Below are positions 60,038 through 64,000 of a stretch of 64,000 bases of DNA, piece by piece (within the stretch, counting starts at the first letter, position 1; every line of letters begins with the position of its first letter). This stretch comes from Candidatus Aceula meridiana (GTDB lineage Bacteria > Omnitrophota > Gorgyraeia > Zapsychrales > Aceulaceae). A program made the translations under genes and the position numbers. Under the pieces are notes generated by a model. That model did not search any database. It saw only the letters and a list, made by a program, of their open reading frames with translations, and was not told where the DNA came from. The stretch lies in NCBI GenBank assembly GCA_030765185.1, contig JAVCDE010000002.1, forward strand, positions 853 through 64,852. The letters run 5' to 3'.

Positions 60038-61486
60038 ATGACTTCCATTCAAAAAAATCTAAATAACCGTCTTCACTTACACCCAGTAACGCTGGCGTTT
60101 GAAGATTCTTCCCGTGAGGAAGAATTCCTCGAATTTTATTTTTCGCATTACGCCGAGAACATGCGCATTTCTATGCTTTTAGGAATTCTTGTCTGGGGAT
60201 TATTTGGGCTTATTGAAATTTGGTTTTACCCAAAAACACTCCTATGGTCAATTCTGGTAATCCGCTATCTCTTTGTCTTGCCTATGATGACAGCCTCTTT
60301 TTTACTGACTTATTTAAAAAATCTCAGAAATCACGTGGGCTTTGCCATAGCCTTAGGCATCACGGCTTGCGCTTTCGGGACAATTGCAAAATTTGCTAGC
60401 TTGCCTAACGGCTTTCCCTATAACCCTGTTCCAAGTTTGATTACAATTTTTCTCTATGGATATGCGGTCATGCGCGCGCGCTTTAAATGGGCGTCAGCCA
60501 CAGGGCTCGCAATTATTATCTTTTATGCAATTGTGGCTACGTTGATTCGTCATCATCCCATACAAGATTTAGCCATTGATAGCTTTTTTTTAATCATGGT
60601 AAACTTTATAGGAATGTACGTCTGCTACTCTTTAGAAAGATTCGCCCGCAGAGACTTTGTTTATTCTCATCGATTAAAAACTGAAAAAATAAAAACAGAC
60701 CAGACTAACGAACAGCTTAAAGTAGAAATTACTGAGCGATATCTCGTTGAAGAAAAATTACGTCACCATCAAGAAAATTTAGAACAATTAGTTCACATGC
60801 GCACAAAAGATTTAGAGGCAACCCAACATGAAATGATTCACATGCTGGGCTTAGCCGCCGAATACCGTGACTGTGAAACCGGTCAGCACATCAAACGCAT
60901 GAGCTATTATTGCGTGGCGCTTGCGCAAGCCATCGGCCTTCCACAAAATGCCCGCGAACTCTTATTTTATGCAAGCCAAATGCATGACGTTGGAAAGCTT
61001 GGTATCCCTGATAAAATTTTATTAAAGCCCGGAAAATTAACAAAAGAAGAATGGGATGTCATGAAGAAACACACTTCAATTGGCGCAGAAATCCTCTCCA
61101 AAGACCATTCGCCTCTCTTGGACACTGCAAGAAATATCGCGCTCTTGCATCATGAAAAATGGGATGGGGGAGGCTATCCGAAAGGAATTAAAAAGGAAAA
61201 CATTCCGATGCTTGCACGAGTTGTTTGTTTGTGTGATGTGTTTGATGCATTGACATCTGATAGGCCCTACAAGGATGCCTGGTCAACTGATGAAGCATTA
61301 AGAGAGATCGAGCGTTTGTCCGGAAGTTGTTTTGATCCATTCCTTGTTATCAAATTCAAAGAAATCTTTCCAATCGTTCTAAAAATCTATAAAGATTTCT
61401 CAGATACGACACCGAAACAAAAGCAAACCTTGGAAAAAAGCACAAAACCCAAAAAGCAAAAACGAACTAAATACGAATCGAAATAA
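60038..61486 (+). CDS. Membrane-anchored (6 TM) HD-GYP phosphodiesterase
   Basis: N-terminal TM bundle and coiled coil, then HDVGK, HHEKWDGGGYP, DVFDALTSDRPYK. Confidence 0.88.
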   Translation: MTSIQKNLNNRLHLHPVTLAFEDSSREEEFLEFYFSHYAENMRISMLLGILVWGLFGLIEIWFYPKTLLWSILVIRYLFVLPMMTASFLLTYLKNLRNHVGFAIALGITACAFGTIAKFASLPNGFPYNPVPSLITIFLYGYAVMRARFKWASATGLAIIIFYAIVATLIRHHPIQDLAIDSFFLIMVNFIGMYVCYSLERFARRDFVYSHRLKTEKIKTDQTNEQLKVEITERYLVEEKLRHHQENLEQLVHMRTKDLEATQHEMIHMLGLAAEYRDCETGQHIKRMSYYCVALAQAIGLPQNARELLFYASQMHDVGKLGIPDKILLKPGKLTKEEWDVMKKHTSIGAEILSKDHSPLLDTARNIALLHHEKWDGGGYPKGIKKENIPMLARVVCLCDVFDALTSDRPYKDAWSTDEALREIERLSGSCFDPFLVIKFKEIFPIVLKIYKDFSDTTPKQKQTLEKSTKPKKQKRTKYESK

Positions 61487-62429
61487 CACTTCGCAATCTT
61501 TCTTCAACTTTTTTTGAATCTTTCATCTGCATTAGCTCTGCACGCAGCCGCTTAGAACCCGGGGCCTCACGCAAATATCCAGCATAATATTTTTTGAAAT
61601 CATAAACACCTCGGCGCTCGCCTTTAAAGTCTATCGAAAATTTTAAATGCTTAAGGCATAACTCAATGCGCTCTTTAAATGTTGCGTCAGGTAAATACTC
61701 ACCCGAATCTAAAAAATATTTTATTTGCTGAAAAATCCATGGATTACTTATCGCACCTCGCCCGATCATAATTCCGTCGCAGCCGCTATCAAAAACTTGT
61801 TTCGCATCAGCAGGGGTAACAATATCACCATTTCCAATGAGCGGAATTTTTATTACCTTGCGTATTTTAGGAAGCCATGACCAATCGGCTACACCCTTGT
61901 ATCCTTGAGTGCGTGTACGACAATGAACCGTAAGGGCTTTCGCGCCAGCAGCCTCAACCATTTTAGCAACTTCGAGGATTACAATGTTTTCGGCATCCCA
62001 TCCTAATCGTGTCTTGACCGTAACTGGGAGAGAGGTCGCCTTAACAACTGCTTTGACAATTTTCTCAAAATTCTTTAAATCCTTTAAAAGCCCGGCGCCT
62101 TCGCCGCGGTTAACGAGATTGCGAACCCAGCATCCGGCATTAATATCAATAAAATCCGGCCCAACACTTTCAGCTACTTTTGCAGCTTCCCTCATGGACT
62201 CAGGATTACTGCCAAAAATTTGAATAGCAATAGGTCTTTCTTCATCGCGTATGCTGATTTTATGAAACGCAGTCTTTGCGTTACGAATTAGCGCCTCGCA
62301 AGAAGTGAATTCGGTATAAAGAATATCCGCGCCAAGCCGTTTACAAATCAAACGAAAGGAGGTGTCGCTGATATCTTCCATGGGAGCTAAAGAAATCGGG
62401 CGCTTAATATCTATCTTTCCAATTTTCAT
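61467..62429 (-). CDS. dusB: tRNA-dihydrouridine synthase (DusB-like)
   Basis: LAPME, QIFG, DINAGC, PVTVKTRLG, HCRT, NGDI, MIGRG..NPWIF. Confidence 0.92.
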   Translation of the reverse strand: MKIGKIDIKRPISLAPMEDISDTSFRLICKRLGADILYTEFTSCEALIRNAKTAFHKISIRDEERPIAIQIFGSNPESMREAAKVAESVGPDFIDINAGCWVRNLVNRGEGAGLLKDLKNFEKIVKAVVKATSLPVTVKTRLGWDAENIVILEVAKMVEAAGAKALTVHCRTRTQGYKGVADWSWLPKIRKVIKIPLIGNGDIVTPADAKQVFDSGCDGIMIGRGAISNPWIFQQIKYFLDSGEYLPDATFKERIELCLKHLKFSIDFKGERRGVYDFKKYYAGYLREAPGSKRLRAELMQMKDSKKVEERLRSVISIRI

Positions 62430-62435
62430 AGAGCC

Positions 62436-62496
62436 ATTATAGCGAAAATCTTAAAGCATGCAAATATATTGCGCACCGCTTATAAATACGTATACT
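62436..62496. promoter_or_regulatory. Back-to-back leaderless-type promoters for dusB (-) and mtaB (+)
   Basis: Minus strand TTGCAT-N16-TATAAT-N6-ATG (62429); plus strand TTGCGC-N16-TATACT-N6-ATG (62503). Confidence 0.65.
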
Positions 62497-62502
62497 ATTA
62501 CT

Positions 62503-63789
62503 ATGAGTAAAACAATCTCTTTTCATACTCTTGGCTGTCGCTCGAATCAATCCGAAACCGCAGTTTTAAAAAATTTATTCTCAAAAGACGGCTATAAAAT
62601 TGTTAAACCTGATACTGCTGCCGATGTTGCTGTCATTAATACTTGCACGGTAACAGAAAAAGGTGATTCTGATACACGTAAACTCGTTTCCAGAATAAAT
62701 CGCACTAATCCTAGTGTAAAAATTGCACTTATTGGATGTCAGGCGCAAACTCAAGGACAGGAGCTCTCGATTTTGCCTAATGTGCGTTGGATTGTCGGCA
62801 ACGCCGAAAAGATGAGCTTGGTCAATCTTATCCATCAAATTGAAGAAGATGAGCTTGTTAAAATTATAACGCCTCCAATTAAACAGGAAAGCTTTACTGT
62901 TCCAGCTCCTGGAATTGATGATGAACGTACCCGCGCGAACATTAAAATTCAAGAGGGGTGTGACTCATTTTGTACATTTTGTGAAGTTCCCTATGCCAGG
63001 GGGCAGGCGCGCTCTCGTGAATTTGAAGATATTCTTAAAGAAGCCAAAGAGCTTGTTGATGCCGGATATAAAGAACTTGTCCTTACCGGAACAAATATCG
63101 GAGTTTATCATGACAAATCTCGAGGACTTGTCGATGTTGTTACTGCTTTAGAAAAATATTCTGCCCTTGAACGCATTCGCGTTTCATCTATTGAGCCAAA
63201 CGCTATTCCGTATGATCTAGCTCTTTTGATGGGCACAAAAACTAAATTATGCCGTCACCTGCATTTGCCTTTACAAAGCGCTAGCGATGAAATTATTGAA
63301 CGTATGGGACGCAGATATACACAAAAAGAACTAAGCTTATTTTTAAAATTTGCGTCAAAAAATATCCAAGGAGTTTGTCTGGGGGCAGATATTATTGTAG
63401 GCTTCCCAGGAGAAACGGAAAGGCACTTTGAGGAAACCTATATGTTTCTTGAAGACTCTCCGCTGGTTTATTTTCACACTTTTAGTTATTCAAATCGAAA
63501 ATTTGCCAAAAGCCGAAAATTGGGCGCGCAAGTTGACAAAACTATTATTGCTCGTCGAAGCAAATCACTTCGCAATCTTGGGTCAGAGAAAAAAAAGGCC
63601 TTCTTAAAACAATTTGTTGGGACATATCAAAAAGTCCTTTTTGAGGAGAGAAAGGAAGGCGCCTGGAGCGGCCTTACCGACAACTATTTACGTGTTCAAA
63701 CACATTCAAGTCAAAATTTAAGAAATCGAGTAATATCTGTGACGATCACTGAGATTAAAAATGATATTCTCCTCGGAGAAATGCAATAA
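62503..63789 (+). CDS. mtaB: tRNA t6A37 methylthiotransferase
   Basis: TLGCRSNQSE, INTCTVT, KIQEGCDSFCTFC, RVSSIEP, HLPLQS, GLTDNY. Confidence 0.92.
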   Translation: MSKTISFHTLGCRSNQSETAVLKNLFSKDGYKIVKPDTAADVAVINTCTVTEKGDSDTRKLVSRINRTNPSVKIALIGCQAQTQGQELSILPNVRWIVGNAEKMSLVNLIHQIEEDELVKIITPPIKQESFTVPAPGIDDERTRANIKIQEGCDSFCTFCEVPYARGQARSREFEDILKEAKELVDAGYKELVLTGTNIGVYHDKSRGLVDVVTALEKYSALERIRVSSIEPNAIPYDLALLMGTKTKLCRHLHLPLQSASDEIIERMGRRYTQKELSLFLKFASKNIQGVCLGADIIVGFPGETERHFEETYMFLEDSPLVYFHTFSYSNRKFAKSRKLGAQVDKTIIARRSKSLRNLGSEKKKAFLKQFVGTYQKVLFEERKEGAWSGLTDNYLRVQTHSSQNLRNRVISVTITEIKNDILLGEMQ

Positions 63790-63803
63790 AACTTGGAGGC
63801 TTT

Positions 63804-63968
63804 ATGGAAAGTATCCCTATGAAAGTTTTTTTAAGAAGAGTTCCGAATAACCGTGATGTTTTCGAATTTACGATTGCCACGCCTATTCTTCGAACACAGT
63901 TTCAGCTGCCGAGGCATGTCGTCAATCAAATGAGGATTCTTATTGAACGGGCTTTAGTTAAAAAATAG
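63804..63968 (+). CDS. Small hypothetical protein (54 aa), not in the ORF track
   Basis: ggagg RBS; MESIPMKVFLRRVPNNRDVFEFTIATPILRTQFQLPRHVVNQMRILIERALVKK. Confidence 0.55.
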   Translation: MESIPMKVFLRRVPNNRDVFEFTIATPILRTQFQLPRHVVNQMRILIERALVKK

Positions 63969-64000
63969 GTATATTATGCCGTTAACTGCCGTAGAAAGAG

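Noticed and set aside
63976-64000. Start of a further CDS (MPLTAVE...)
   Set aside because: Only 8 codons fall inside the window, too few to identify.

Overview
A gene-dense, AT-rich bacterial chromosomal segment, mostly housekeeping. It carries DNA repair (mutY, xth), TCA-cycle genes (gltA, fumC, acnA), pntAB transhydrogenase divergent from an rseC-rnfBCDGE-x-A operon, amino-acid and cofactor synthesis (leuCD, ilvBN, aroC, cysK, thiC, bioB, menA), tRNA modification (dusB, mtaB, ThiI/MnmA-like) and a glutathione operon. I saw no rRNA, tRNA, CRISPR array, IS element or prophage. A 920-aa secreted protein resembles a family I recall from Omnitrophota (OP3) genomes, so that lineage is my tentative, unverified assignment. 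The most notable items are: (1) that protein, built as conserved N-terminus / variable kinase-like cargo / GGIDL C-terminus, a candidate polymorphic effector system; (2) a divergent GEMM-I (c-di-GMP-I/cGAMP-like) riboswitch with unusual ligand-contact bases and an extra hairpin, upstream of a secreted beta-helix protein with a G9 tract at its RBS; (3) a receptor-less phosphorelay cluster with a His-less Hpt and a Glu-less CheX, linked to an HD-GYP phosphodiesterase; (4) several apparently leaderless genes; (5) an ABC exporter-gshA-gshB-grx operon; (6) a stand-alone NUMOD3 basic protein; (7) an unexplained structured intergenic RNA candidate near 40.1 kb. All family calls come from recognising motifs by eye; no searches were run.
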